61,419 bases of DNA from a virus (taxonomy: Duplodnaviria; Caudoviricetes), in the IMG/VR virus record IMGVR_UViG_3300017553_000001, positions 1 through 61,419 of that record; one strand, 5' to 3'. The translations under genes were made by a program, and so were the position numbers. Each line of letters starts with the position of its first letter. Position 1 is the stretch's first letter. The notes below the pieces were generated by a model that was not told the DNA's origin, searched no databases, and saw only the letters and a program-made list of their open reading frames with translations. Below, piece after piece: positions 38,688 through 46,948 of the stretch.

Positions 38688-39921
38688 TATCACGGTCTTT
38701 GGGACAACTGACGAGCGCACGATGCAGCAGGCGCTCGACGTCAGCTCGCGAGCGCTGCATGTCGCGCTGATGGCTGACAACCACCTCGGCTACATCATGC
38801 CAATCGGCGGTGTGGCTTCCTACGACAATCAGGTGAGCGTCGCCGGCGTCGGCTTCGACATCGGCTGCGGTAACCTCGCTCTGCAGCTCAGTGTCAAGTG
38901 GGAAGAGGTCGCCGATCGCGCTAGCGAACTAGCCGATGAAATTGCATCGTCGATCTCATTCGGAGTCGGTCGCGTCAACACTACCGACGATTCTGCGCTT
39001 CGCGATCACGACATCTTCGACGACGATCACTGGCACATCGTGCCAGCGGAGCATCGCGAGGCGTTGCGCGAAAAGGCTCGGGCACAACTCGGGACGGTCG
39101 GGTCCGGCAACCACTACGTCGACATTTTCGAGGATGAGAACGGCTGGACCTGGGTCGGCGTCCATTTTGGAAGCCGGGGTCTGGGACACACGATTGCATC
39201 CAATTTCATGGCGCTGGCGCAGGGCAAGCCGTGGGGAACGCGGGTGCAGGAAGCTGAGGCGCTGCTGAGCCTGGATACGGACCTCGGTAGCGGCTACTGG
39301 GAGATGATGGAACTGGCCGGCCGGTACGCCAAGATCGGGCGCGAGTGGGTTGCCCTGCGCGTCAAGGACATCATCGGTGCCGGCGCTGCCCAGATCGTTC
39401 ACAACCATCACAACTTCGCCTGGCATGAGCATCACCTGATCGATGGCGAACTGCGGCCTGTAGTCGTAATCCGCAAGGGCGCGACGCCTGCATGGCCCGG
39501 CGAACGGGGTTTCGTCGGTGGCTCGATGGGTGACGCTGCCTACATCATCAGCGGCGCGTATCCATCGACTGAAGGAACCAGCCTCGACCTTCAGCGATCG
39601 GCGCTCTTCTCGACTGTCCACGGTGCCGGCCGGGTCATGAGTCGGTCGCAGGCAAAGGGCAGCCGGCCGAAGTTCAACAAGGAGACAGGCGAGCGTCGGC
39701 AGGCCCGCAAGGGGCAGATCACGCGCCAGATGATGAGCGAGTGGACGCGAGATCGCGGCGTCATCGTGCGCGGTGGCGACGTCGATGAGAGTCCACACTG
39801 CTACCGCAGGCTTGATGACGTGCTGGCAAGCCAGGCTGGGACGATCAATATTCTGCATCGGCTGGAACCGCGCATCGTGGTCATGGCCGGCGCGAACGTC
39901 CGCGATCCGTACAAGGACTAG
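38680..39921 (+). CDS. rtcB: RtcB-family RNA ligase
   Basis: GFDIGCG, LGTVGSGNHY, HFGSRGLG, HNHHNF, RKGATPA, GSMG, HGAGRVMSR, DESPHCY. Confidence 0.95.
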   Translation: MTDITVFGTTDERTMQQALDVSSRALHVALMADNHLGYIMPIGGVASYDNQVSVAGVGFDIGCGNLALQLSVKWEEVADRASELADEIASSISFGVGRVNTTDDSALRDHDIFDDDHWHIVPAEHREALREKARAQLGTVGSGNHYVDIFEDENGWTWVGVHFGSRGLGHTIASNFMALAQGKPWGTRVQEAEALLSLDTDLGSGYWEMMELAGRYAKIGREWVALRVKDIIGAGAAQIVHNHHNFAWHEHHLIDGELRPVVVIRKGATPAWPGERGFVGGSMGDAAYIISGAYPSTEGTSLDLQRSALFSTVHGAGRVMSRSQAKGSRPKFNKETGERRQARKGQITRQMMSEWTRDRGVIVRGGDVDESPHCYRRLDDVLASQAGTINILHRLEPRIVVMAGANVRDPYKD

Positions 39922-39950
39922 CCTCAAGCTTCAGGAAAGGAAATCTGAGA

Positions 39951-40484
39951 GTGGTAACGATACCCGAGAGCGTGTCCATTAGCTCCGCTGAGGCGAAAAC
40001 GTATGGCGGACTGCCCGTGCGATTGACGCCACTCGTAGGCAACCGCTATGCCGTTGATACCGTCGATGCTGTTGGTACCAACGTCAGGATCGGCTACATC
40101 GCCGATGCGGGATTCTCTTCCTATCGCGCGAGCGATGGCGATTCCCTCGTGTTATTCGGCAACCTCGATGATGCCGTAACCTGGCTTGTCAACCTATACA
40201 AGGCGCTCTCCAGCGACCCGATGAAGATGGTTCTGCGAGACGTCGCCGACGAACGTCGCCGGCAGGACGAGATGTGGGGACAGTCGCTGCACAAGCCACA
40301 GGAATGGCTCGGCATCCTCACTGAGGAGGTCGGCGAGGTGGCGCGCGCCGCGAACACGATCCACTGGCACCCCAGCGATGAGGCGCGCCAGCAGTACCGC
40401 AAGGAGTTGATTCAGGTCGCGGCCGTCGCGGTGGCGGCCGTGCAGGCGCTCGACGCCATGCTCGCTGACGGGGTTGACGGCTAG
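39951..40484 (+). CDS. MazG-like nucleotide pyrophosphohydrolase domain protein
   Basis: ERRRQDEMWG...ILTEEVGEVARA...KELIQVAAV. Confidence 0.75.
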   Translation: MVTIPESVSISSAEAKTYGGLPVRLTPLVGNRYAVDTVDAVGTNVRIGYIADAGFSSYRASDGDSLVLFGNLDDAVTWLVNLYKALSSDPMKMVLRDVADERRRQDEMWGQSLHKPQEWLGILTEEVGEVARAANTIHWHPSDEARQQYRKELIQVAAVAVAAVQALDAMLADGVDG

Positions 40485-40513
40485 CCGCCGGACAGGCTCG
40501 CTAGCGACAGAGA

Positions 40514-41125
40514 ATGAGGATATCACTGATGTGGATTGAAGAAATCTGGGACACCACTGGCGACAGCGTCATGGCTTACATCACCGAAGGGCACCTGAGT
40601 CGCGATCAGCAGTTCGAGATGTTCGGCAAGGTTGTGTCCTGGGGCGGCGAGAGTGGTGAGGCACCCGAAGATATCGACAGGCTGCTACCGCCTCGGCACG
40701 CATGGATCGCGACGCGCACGTCTGACAAGGATCCTGACTTCCCTGAGCTATTCTTCGAGGTTTCCCCTACTGACGATGATGCTCGGCCGTACACGCTGAT
40801 CGCGGTCGACGGCGAGTGGAAAGTCCCTGAAGCGGCTCCCAGCCCCTTCGAGTATCACCCTCGCCCGGACACCGTCATGGGTCGCATTTCTGCGACCTTG
40901 AACACCTACCAAAATGATAGGCAGGACGGTGTAACTGCAATGGGCTGCTGGTTTGAGGCACAGGACGTACAAGCGTTGTACCGCGTCGCGAAGGCCGGTC
41001 AAGCGCTGGAAGACCACCGGCGATCGCGCCCCGAGCCACGCTATCCGCAATGGGTGGCCCGTCACGCAGCGCTCACCCTGGCACTTGCTGCGGCGCTGGC
41101 GGATCTAGAGCGGAGCGGTTCATGA
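40514..41125 (+). CDS. Hypothetical protein (shares a domain with the next gene)
   Basis: GHL...PRHAWI...EV..DDDARPYTLIAVDGEW. Confidence 0.6.
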   Translation: MRISLMWIEEIWDTTGDSVMAYITEGHLSRDQQFEMFGKVVSWGGESGEAPEDIDRLLPPRHAWIATRTSDKDPDFPELFFEVSPTDDDARPYTLIAVDGEWKVPEAAPSPFEYHPRPDTVMGRISATLNTYQNDRQDGVTAMGCWFEAQDVQALYRVAKAGQALEDHRRSRPEPRYPQWVARHAALTLALAAALADLERSGS

Positions 41126-41640
41126 CGACGGGCTCAATCTCGACACGCGACATCGTCATGGTTGGTGAGCCGGGTTGTTACCTCATACCCGGCCATCTGG
41201 ACGACAGCCAGATGCTCGGAATGCTGCGGGCCATCATGGACCTATCCGGCGAGGGTCTCGACGGACTCTCGATGCCGCGCCATACGTGGATGCGTGTGAC
41301 GGCCGCTGAGGACAACGGCGGCGGATTCGACGTTCTCTACGCAGAGGTTCGCGAGAACGACGAAGGCGCGCAACCGTCCACGCTCGTCGCGGTCGAGGGC
41401 TACTGGCTATCGCCTGATGAGCGTCTCGAAAACGAACGGCAGCGCACGATGTTGGCGTTCGCGCGGACGTTCGCCAGTGACGATCCGGTCAGTCGCGGGG
41501 AGTCAACCGCCAAGCTCGGCGGTTGGGTTTACAGCTGCAGACACTGCCATGCGGCAGCTGAGAAGCGGCAAGACGTCATCCACACGGATGGATGCCGGTG
41601 GCTGCATGCGCGCCGGTTGTTCGGCCCCGACGTGCCGTGA
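41122..41640 (+). CDS. Hypothetical protein (paralogous domain plus C-terminal Cys/His cluster)
   Basis: GHL...PRHTWM...EV..DEGAQPSTLVAVEGYW; CRHC...H..GC. Confidence 0.6.
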   Translation: MTTGSISTRDIVMVGEPGCYLIPGHLDDSQMLGMLRAIMDLSGEGLDGLSMPRHTWMRVTAAEDNGGGFDVLYAEVRENDEGAQPSTLVAVEGYWLSPDERLENERQRTMLAFARTFASDDPVSRGESTAKLGGWVYSCRHCHAAAEKRQDVIHTDGCRWLHARRLFGPDVP

Positions 41641-42290
41641 TGTATCTCACCGGACCGGCCGACTCCGATGTCGAGGAGCGCCTGATTGAGGCTGGAGCCG
41701 GCCTGATGCTGAACCCCGGCTCGGGCTACGCTGCGGCGCGTGTCGACCACTACGCCGCGTTCACGCTCGACAACGGCTGTTTCTCGGCTGGCGAGTCTTT
41801 CGATGCCGAGGCGTGGCTGCACTGGATGGTGCGGTACACGCCTCACCGCGCAACGTGCTTGTTCGCGGTCGCTCCCGACGTAGTCGCTGATGCTGCTGCG
41901 ACGATCGAGCGCTCACGGCCGTGGCTGAAGGTCATCCGTGCGCTGGGCTTCCCAGCGGCGTTCGTCGGGCAGGACGGACAGGAAGACCTGCCCGTTCCGT
42001 GGGACGAGTTCGATGCGTGGTTCACCGGCGGATCTACCGAATGGAAGCTCAGCGAGTCGGCCTACAGGCTGGCAGCTGAGGCAAAGGCGCGCGGTAAGTG
42101 GGTCCACATGGGCCGCGTCAACTCGTGGCGGCGGTTTCGAGCTGCAGCCGTGTCTGGCTACGACAGCGCAGACGGCACCTTCGTCGCCTTTCACCCAGAG
42201 AAGTGCGCACGACTCGTCACCAGTTGGCACGGCCGGATCCGCCAGCAGCAGCGCATGGCCATGTGGGAACAAGAACGGAGCGAACCGTGA
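41640..42290 (+). CDS. TGT/DpdA-like transglycosylase (TIM barrel)
   Basis: LDNGCF, APDVVADAAAT, QDG, GGSTEWK, VHMGRVNS, DSADGT. Confidence 0.65.
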   Translation: MYLTGPADSDVEERLIEAGAGLMLNPGSGYAAARVDHYAAFTLDNGCFSAGESFDAEAWLHWMVRYTPHRATCLFAVAPDVVADAAATIERSRPWLKVIRALGFPAAFVGQDGQEDLPVPWDEFDAWFTGGSTEWKLSESAYRLAAEAKARGKWVHMGRVNSWRRFRAAAVSGYDSADGTFVAFHPEKCARLVTSWHGRIRQQQRMAMWEQERSEP

Positions 42291-42448
42291 TGAAAAACTA
42301 CCCGTTCGCCATCGGCGGGTTACTCGCGTTGACGATCATCGTGCCATTGGCGGTCTACTTTGGCTCCGGCTCAGAGGATTTGGCGAATGTTTCATGGCTT
42401 GTCATATGGATAGCCGTACTCGTCGTCTTCAAGGAGTGCGGCAGATGA
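42290..42448 (+). CDS. Small two-TM membrane protein
   Basis: MKNYPFAIGGLLALTIIVPL... Confidence 0.5.
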   Translation: MKNYPFAIGGLLALTIIVPLAVYFGSGSEDLANVSWLVIWIAVLVVFKECGR

Positions 42449-42774
42449 CCGCACAGGACAAGTCCGGCAGCGAGATGAGCCAGCTGAGGCTTCAGGCTGA
42501 AACGTTTCGCCAAATCACGCTAACCAGTGATGCCGAGACGATGGTGCCGATCCCGTTGTCATCGCTCGACAAGCTACTCGATATCACGCTCGGTCTCGCA
42601 ACCAGCGACCTGATCGAGAGGCACTTCCTGTCCGAATGCCCATTCTGCGATGCAAAGCCGACCGGCCACGTCTTCGATCCTGACTGCGGGATCGTGCATG
42701 AGCCGGGCTGCGAACTGCTGATCGCCGACGAGATGTGTACCGCACCTGACGAAAAGGAAGTCACTGAAGAATGA
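42445..42774 (+). CDS. Hypothetical protein with Cys/His cluster
   Basis: CPFC...HEPGC; ATGA overlap. Confidence 0.55.
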   Translation: MTAQDKSGSEMSQLRLQAETFRQITLTSDAETMVPIPLSSLDKLLDITLGLATSDLIERHFLSECPFCDAKPTGHVFDPDCGIVHEPGCELLIADEMCTAPDEKEVTEE

Positions 42775-43076
42775 CGGCATTGAAGAATCCGTTTCCCTGG
42801 TCGGTCGAATGTGAAGGCAATGGCGCGCTCCTCTGTGACGCTAACGGCGTCCAGTTCGCCTGGTTCGCTGACTTCGAGGCCGCCAAGCACATGGTCGAGT
42901 GCGCTCAGCAGAGCGAGATGTTCAGCCATCTGACCGCGACGACAGCTTCCGCGATCGACTTCTTCAACGCAGCGCAGGCGTTCGTCAGTTCTCCGTCGTT
43001 CCAGCAATTGAGCCAGGCAATCGACGAGCTGAGCGAGGCGATCGACGCAATCACGGCCGGCGGTGATGAGTCATGA
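42771..43076 (+). CDS. Hypothetical protein
   Basis: 101 aa, overlap-coupled. Confidence 0.55.
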   Translation: MTALKNPFPWSVECEGNGALLCDANGVQFAWFADFEAAKHMVECAQQSEMFSHLTATTASAIDFFNAAQAFVSSPSFQQLSQAIDELSEAIDAITAGGDES

Positions 43077-43669
43077 CGGAACCAACGATCACCGCGATCT
43101 GTGAACCGTACGAAGGTCCCGAGGGTGACAAGCGGATGGGCTGTCAGGTGTTTGTCGACGGCCGTCTGACGGCCTTCAGCGATTCGACATTGACGGATCC
43201 TGCCGAGGCGCGCGAGGCGGCGATCGTTGGCATGCGCAAGACGCTCGCAGAACGTGCAAGTCAACGGCTCGCCCCGGACCGTGCCCTCTGGAAGGCAGAG
43301 CGTCGGGCGCGAATCGCGGCCGAAGTCACGCTGTCGGACGTCGCCCGCTATCTGAACGCCACTCCAGGGACGGTTTCTCGCTGGGAGCATGGCCTGACGG
43401 AAGCGCCGTCCGGCATGCTCGAAGCCTATCGAGAAGCAGTGCATCGTCTGTCGTTTCGGCCTCTGGATGATGCTGCAGGCGACGATGATGGCCCGTTCGC
43501 CGTGTATGACTGCTACTGCCTCGCCTGCAGCCGCCGATGGGTCGGTGTCGCGCCAGTCGCATCTGAGACGCACGATCTGTGGTTTTGCCCGTCGTGCGAC
43601 ACGCGGACGGCCACATGGTCACCCTACTCTGACGATGATGAGGAGGACGGCCGGGAGAGTGCTGTATGA
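43073..43669 (+). CDS. XRE HTH plus zinc-ribbon protein
   Basis: VTLSDVARYLNATPGTVSRWEHG; CLAC...CPSC. Confidence 0.7.
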   Translation: MTEPTITAICEPYEGPEGDKRMGCQVFVDGRLTAFSDSTLTDPAEAREAAIVGMRKTLAERASQRLAPDRALWKAERRARIAAEVTLSDVARYLNATPGTVSRWEHGLTEAPSGMLEAYREAVHRLSFRPLDDAAGDDDGPFAVYDCYCLACSRRWVGVAPVASETHDLWFCPSCDTRTATWSPYSDDDEEDGRESAV

Positions 43670-43898
43670 GCTATCCGGCCGTCGCTCGATGAGTCGCAAG
43701 GGCGGCTGCCGCGAGCGCCAGATCATTTACGGACTGGATCACATCCCGCACCAGATGCAGGTCTCTGGCATCCGAAAACTGCCAACCGGCGAGCTGATCG
43801 GCCGGGTCAAACTCGCTGGCATGATCGAAGTGATTCACGTCACCGGCCGGAAGTGGCGACGGCGGGATGGAGCGCCGCCAGGATCGCGGCATGGGTAA
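43659..43898 (+). CDS. Hypothetical basic protein
   Basis: GTG at 43659 after GGAG; last gene of the rightward operon. Confidence 0.4.
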   Translation: MLYELSGRRSMSRKGGCRERQIIYGLDHIPHQMQVSGIRKLPTGELIGRVKLAGMIEVIHVTGRKWRRRDGAPPGSRHG

Positions 43899-43910
43899 AG
43901 CGGCTACAGA

Positions 43911-44546
43911 TCACGACTGTAATGGTGGCATGGTCTTACGGAGGAAGGCTATGAAAGGTTCAGGCTCATGATAGCGAACCCAGTCGTTCGCGGCCACTAT
44001 ATACGGCGTTCGTTTGTCATCCCGCTCTCTATGAATAATCATCGGCTTGAGCCGATAACGGTGAGCGAAATAATTGAGACACGTGCGGGCTGTACGTCCA
44101 TTACCATTTACAAAAGGGTGCATTCTGACTAGTTCGCAATGCGCGTACGCAGCGATTTTATAGACATTAGTGAGGTGGCGCTCTGGGCTATCCTCGTCCA
44201 TCCAGTTAGCAATAGCTCGGGTTTCGTACCTGATCTTCTGGGACCACTCGTTCAGCATTTCTGGAAGATCGCGAAAGTGTGGCGCTGGGATGCCGTCAAA
44301 CGACACCGGCTGATCAAACCCGGTGGCGTTGTGACGGCATTTGCCCGCAGCTCTGGGAAAGACCCCTCCGAATAGCATACGATGGATATCGCACGCGAGG
44401 TCCTGATTCAATTCTCTGCTCGGCGCTGACTTACCGATCCACAGTTCTGTGGTCACATAAGACGTCATCAGCGCGCGGCTACCTGACGGCGTCTTCTCAA
44501 GTTCGTCGTCCCAGATCACAAACCTGAACGGCGGCTCATCAGTCAT
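43911..44546 (-). CDS. Fic/Doc-family toxin
   Basis: HPFVNGNGRTAR canonical Fic motif. Confidence 0.92.
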   Translation of the reverse strand: MTDEPPFRFVIWDDELEKTPSGSRALMTSYVTTELWIGKSAPSRELNQDLACDIHRMLFGGVFPRAAGKCRHNATGFDQPVSFDGIPAPHFRDLPEMLNEWSQKIRYETRAIANWMDEDSPERHLTNVYKIAAYAHCELVRMHPFVNGNGRTARTCLNYFAHRYRLKPMIIHRERDDKRTPYIVAANDWVRYHEPEPFIAFLRKTMPPLQS

Positions 44547-45166
44547 GCTTGCTCAGCAGCCTCTGGCCAAAACGAAGCTTCTGCTTGCTTGAATAGCGCT
44601 CGCGCTTCATCTTCGGGGATTTCAATACCCTCTTGTCGCATCGAACTGACGATGGATTGCAGCAGGTGTTCCTGGAACTCGGGTGATGGCCGACTATTTG
44701 GATGTCGGCACAATGCCAAATCCTTTGGTACGTCTGCTTTCATTTCGGTCAGCATCCACGGCGCTTCACGGTGACTTGCATCTCGGATGGCTTCAGTTGA
44801 TGCGTACTTCCAGCGAGCGCTCACAGCCTTCAGCATCTGGCGTTCGGATTCGCTGAAGATACTGAGGTCAAAGTCTCGAAGGGGAGCGAAGTTGTGGCGT
44901 GGGTTCGCGGCACCAACGTCTACTTCAGTGACCTTGATGTCAGACCCATCCATGTCTTGAATGATGTTCCAAGAGGACTTTGGGACCGGGCCGTGCTCAA
45001 GATGGACATAGGTGTCCCCTGTGACAGATCGTCGGTATCTCTCCAGGTGGTCGAAGTCAAGATAGTAGAGCAGCTTCATCAGCTTGACACGCCCAAGAGT
45101 GTCGGGGTTGCAGGTATGCACGAAATACAGAACAGCTTCGCGAAACTTGCGTTGATTGAGCGGCAT
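44543..45166 (-). CDS. Panacea (DUF4065/GepA) antitoxin with C-terminal Fic-inhibitory motif
   Basis: KLMKLLYY.D...GDTY...HGPVP...SHREAPW; SMRQEG at 44627-44644; ATGA-coupled to Fic. Confidence 0.85.
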   Translation of the reverse strand: MPLNQRKFREAVLYFVHTCNPDTLGRVKLMKLLYYLDFDHLERYRRSVTGDTYVHLEHGPVPKSSWNIIQDMDGSDIKVTEVDVGAANPRHNFAPLRDFDLSIFSESERQMLKAVSARWKYASTEAIRDASHREAPWMLTEMKADVPKDLALCRHPNSRPSPEFQEHLLQSIVSSMRQEGIEIPEDEARALFKQAEASFWPEAAEQA

Positions 45167-45314
45167 GCTGGCCTCCTCTCTCTGGGACCTACTACCGCGC
45201 GATTGTTGTGCCATCGATCAACATAACTCGATGGCACGTAGTCCCGCGTCCGAACAAGAGTATAGAACAGAAGTTCTACTCTCTGCATTCGCTCAATCCT
45301 GCGCCAACGTATCT

Positions 45315-46892
45315 TCATCCACCCTCGCACCCCCAGCCGTCCTTGTTGCCATCGAGCCGGTGCGGGTCGGGATTCGCAACATTCCACAGCACCCTGATCG
45401 GCTTCTGTGATGCGGAGAAGTCCGAGCAGTTGAGGTCCGGCGGCGGTGGCGGGATACAGAAGTCCGGGTAGCTCGGATGACATGCCGCAGATGGCGGTTT
45501 CGTCGGTGTCGCAGTGGGTTGCGCTGGCTGTGTTGGCGTCGCCGTTGGTTGTGCTGGCGGCTGCGTCGGTGTAGCCGAACATCCTGCCCACAAGCCACGG
45601 CCATTCGCCTGCGCTTCATTCTGCGCCGCTGCAAACTGATCGGCATGTGCGACGTCCGGCGGGTAGGTGCTGGCGTAGGCGTAGCCGTTACGCACAAGCC
45701 AGTCATTCACAAAGAGATCGCCGAGGTAGACGTAGCGCAGCAGCCGATCGTATCGGTCGGTCTCGCTCACGTCCTTGACCAACTGCACTGTCTTGCCCTC
45801 GATGAGTTGCTTGGTCGCGGCCGATGCCTCCGGCCCGTAGCAATCGACGCCACCGTACACCTCGGGCGTGTCGATGCCGATCATGCGGACGCGGTACACG
45901 GTTCCGTTGAGGTCAACATCGAACGTGTCGCCATCGACAACGCGCGTCACAACGCCTTGCTCGCCGATTGGTGCAGGCTCAGCATCGGCATAGCGCCAGT
46001 CGAAATAGTGCAGTCCAACGTTCCCAGCCTCGACCTGCCAGCCGACCGGGTTGCTCGATGTGTAGGTGAGGCACCGGCGCTCGAAGCACTGCCACAGAAC
46101 ATCCTTCTGTGAGCCGCCCACTTTCACGGTCAGCCAGTACGCTTCAGTGATCGGGAAGCCTGTTGCATAGAACGGGTTCGGGAAGAGATTGTCGATCACG
46201 CTGGAGTCACCCTGGCGTACCAAACCTTCTGAGTTCATGAAGTCCCAGAAGACGGATGCGACGGTGTGGTTCGTCTCAGGGACGTAGTACGCCGCTGTGA
46301 CGCCGCTACCGTGGTATGGATCGCCTGGACGCTCCAGCCCGGAGTTGTTGATGAAATCCCAGATGAGCTCGCCGACCGTCCGTGCTGGGCGATCGCGCAG
46401 GCCGAATCTAGCGATGTCTGCGTAGGTGATGCTGGGTATCTGAGGCAGGATCTGGCCGTTGGGGTCACCAGCGATCGGGATGGCCGGCGGATCAATCGTC
46501 TCGCCGTATTGCCCGTCGCCGGTCTGCACCTGGCCGTTGACCATCTCGGAGACCAGCAGGCCGTTGGTGACGTACCAGAGTCCGTCATCGACCGCCTCAG
46601 GATGCGTGATTTCCATGCGGGACTTGTCGAAATACTGGACGGTGCGATTCTGGCCGGGCGACTGTGCATACGGTTCGGGGATGGCGTCGGTGAACGCTTC
46701 CGGTCCCCACATCCATGTACGAGAGACTGCACCAGATGCGACCGGCTGATCTGTCCGCGCCCACGTTCTCTGGAACGCATCGTTCGCGATCGGCGCACTA
46801 CTGACGCCGGGTATTGCCAATCCACCCAAAGCGAGCGCGACCAGCATGACGATTCGGACGAGCCGGGTGTGGAAGATCGTCAGATTCAGCAT
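45315..46892 (-). CDS. Secreted protein: Chloroflexota-type envelope domain, thermonuclease (SNase) and Cys/Ca-binding tail
   Basis: Signal peptide; [11 protein letters not shown]; VVDGDT...VRMIGIDTPE...DRYDRLLRYV; DLNCSD...LDGNKDGWGCE. Confidence 0.88.
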   Translation of the reverse strand: MLNLTIFHTRLVRIVMLVALALGGLAIPGVSSAPIANDAFQRTWARTDQPVASGAVSRTWMWGPEAFTDAIPEPYAQSPGQNRTVQYFDKSRMEITHPEAVDDGLWYVTNGLLVSEMVNGQVQTGDGQYGETIDPPAIPIAGDPNGQILPQIPSITYADIARFGLRDRPARTVGELIWDFINNSGLERPGDPYHGSGVTAAYYVPETNHTVASVFWDFMNSEGLVRQGDSSVIDNLFPNPFYATGFPITEAYWLTVKVGGSQKDVLWQCFERRCLTYTSSNPVGWQVEAGNVGLHYFDWRYADAEPAPIGEQGVVTRVVDGDTFDVDLNGTVYRVRMIGIDTPEVYGGVDCYGPEASAATKQLIEGKTVQLVKDVSETDRYDRLLRYVYLGDLFVNDWLVRNGYAYASTYPPDVAHADQFAAAQNEAQANGRGLWAGCSATPTQPPAQPTATPTQPAQPTATPTKPPSAACHPSYPDFCIPPPPPDLNCSDFSASQKPIRVLWNVANPDPHRLDGNKDGWGCEGG

Positions 46893-46948
46893 AACCAGAG
46901 ACCTCTTCGCATTCAGGCACGCGATGTGATCGAACCGTCAGTTGGTAC

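Noticed and set aside
29924-39927. Long minus-strand ORFs (e.g. 29924-30805, 35953-36762, 38956-39927)
   Set aside because: Shadows of the MTase and RtcB genes
39951-40484. Z-genome (2-aminoadenine) pathway suggested by the MazG-like gene
   Set aside because: No PurZ, DatZ or dedicated replicative polymerase recognised
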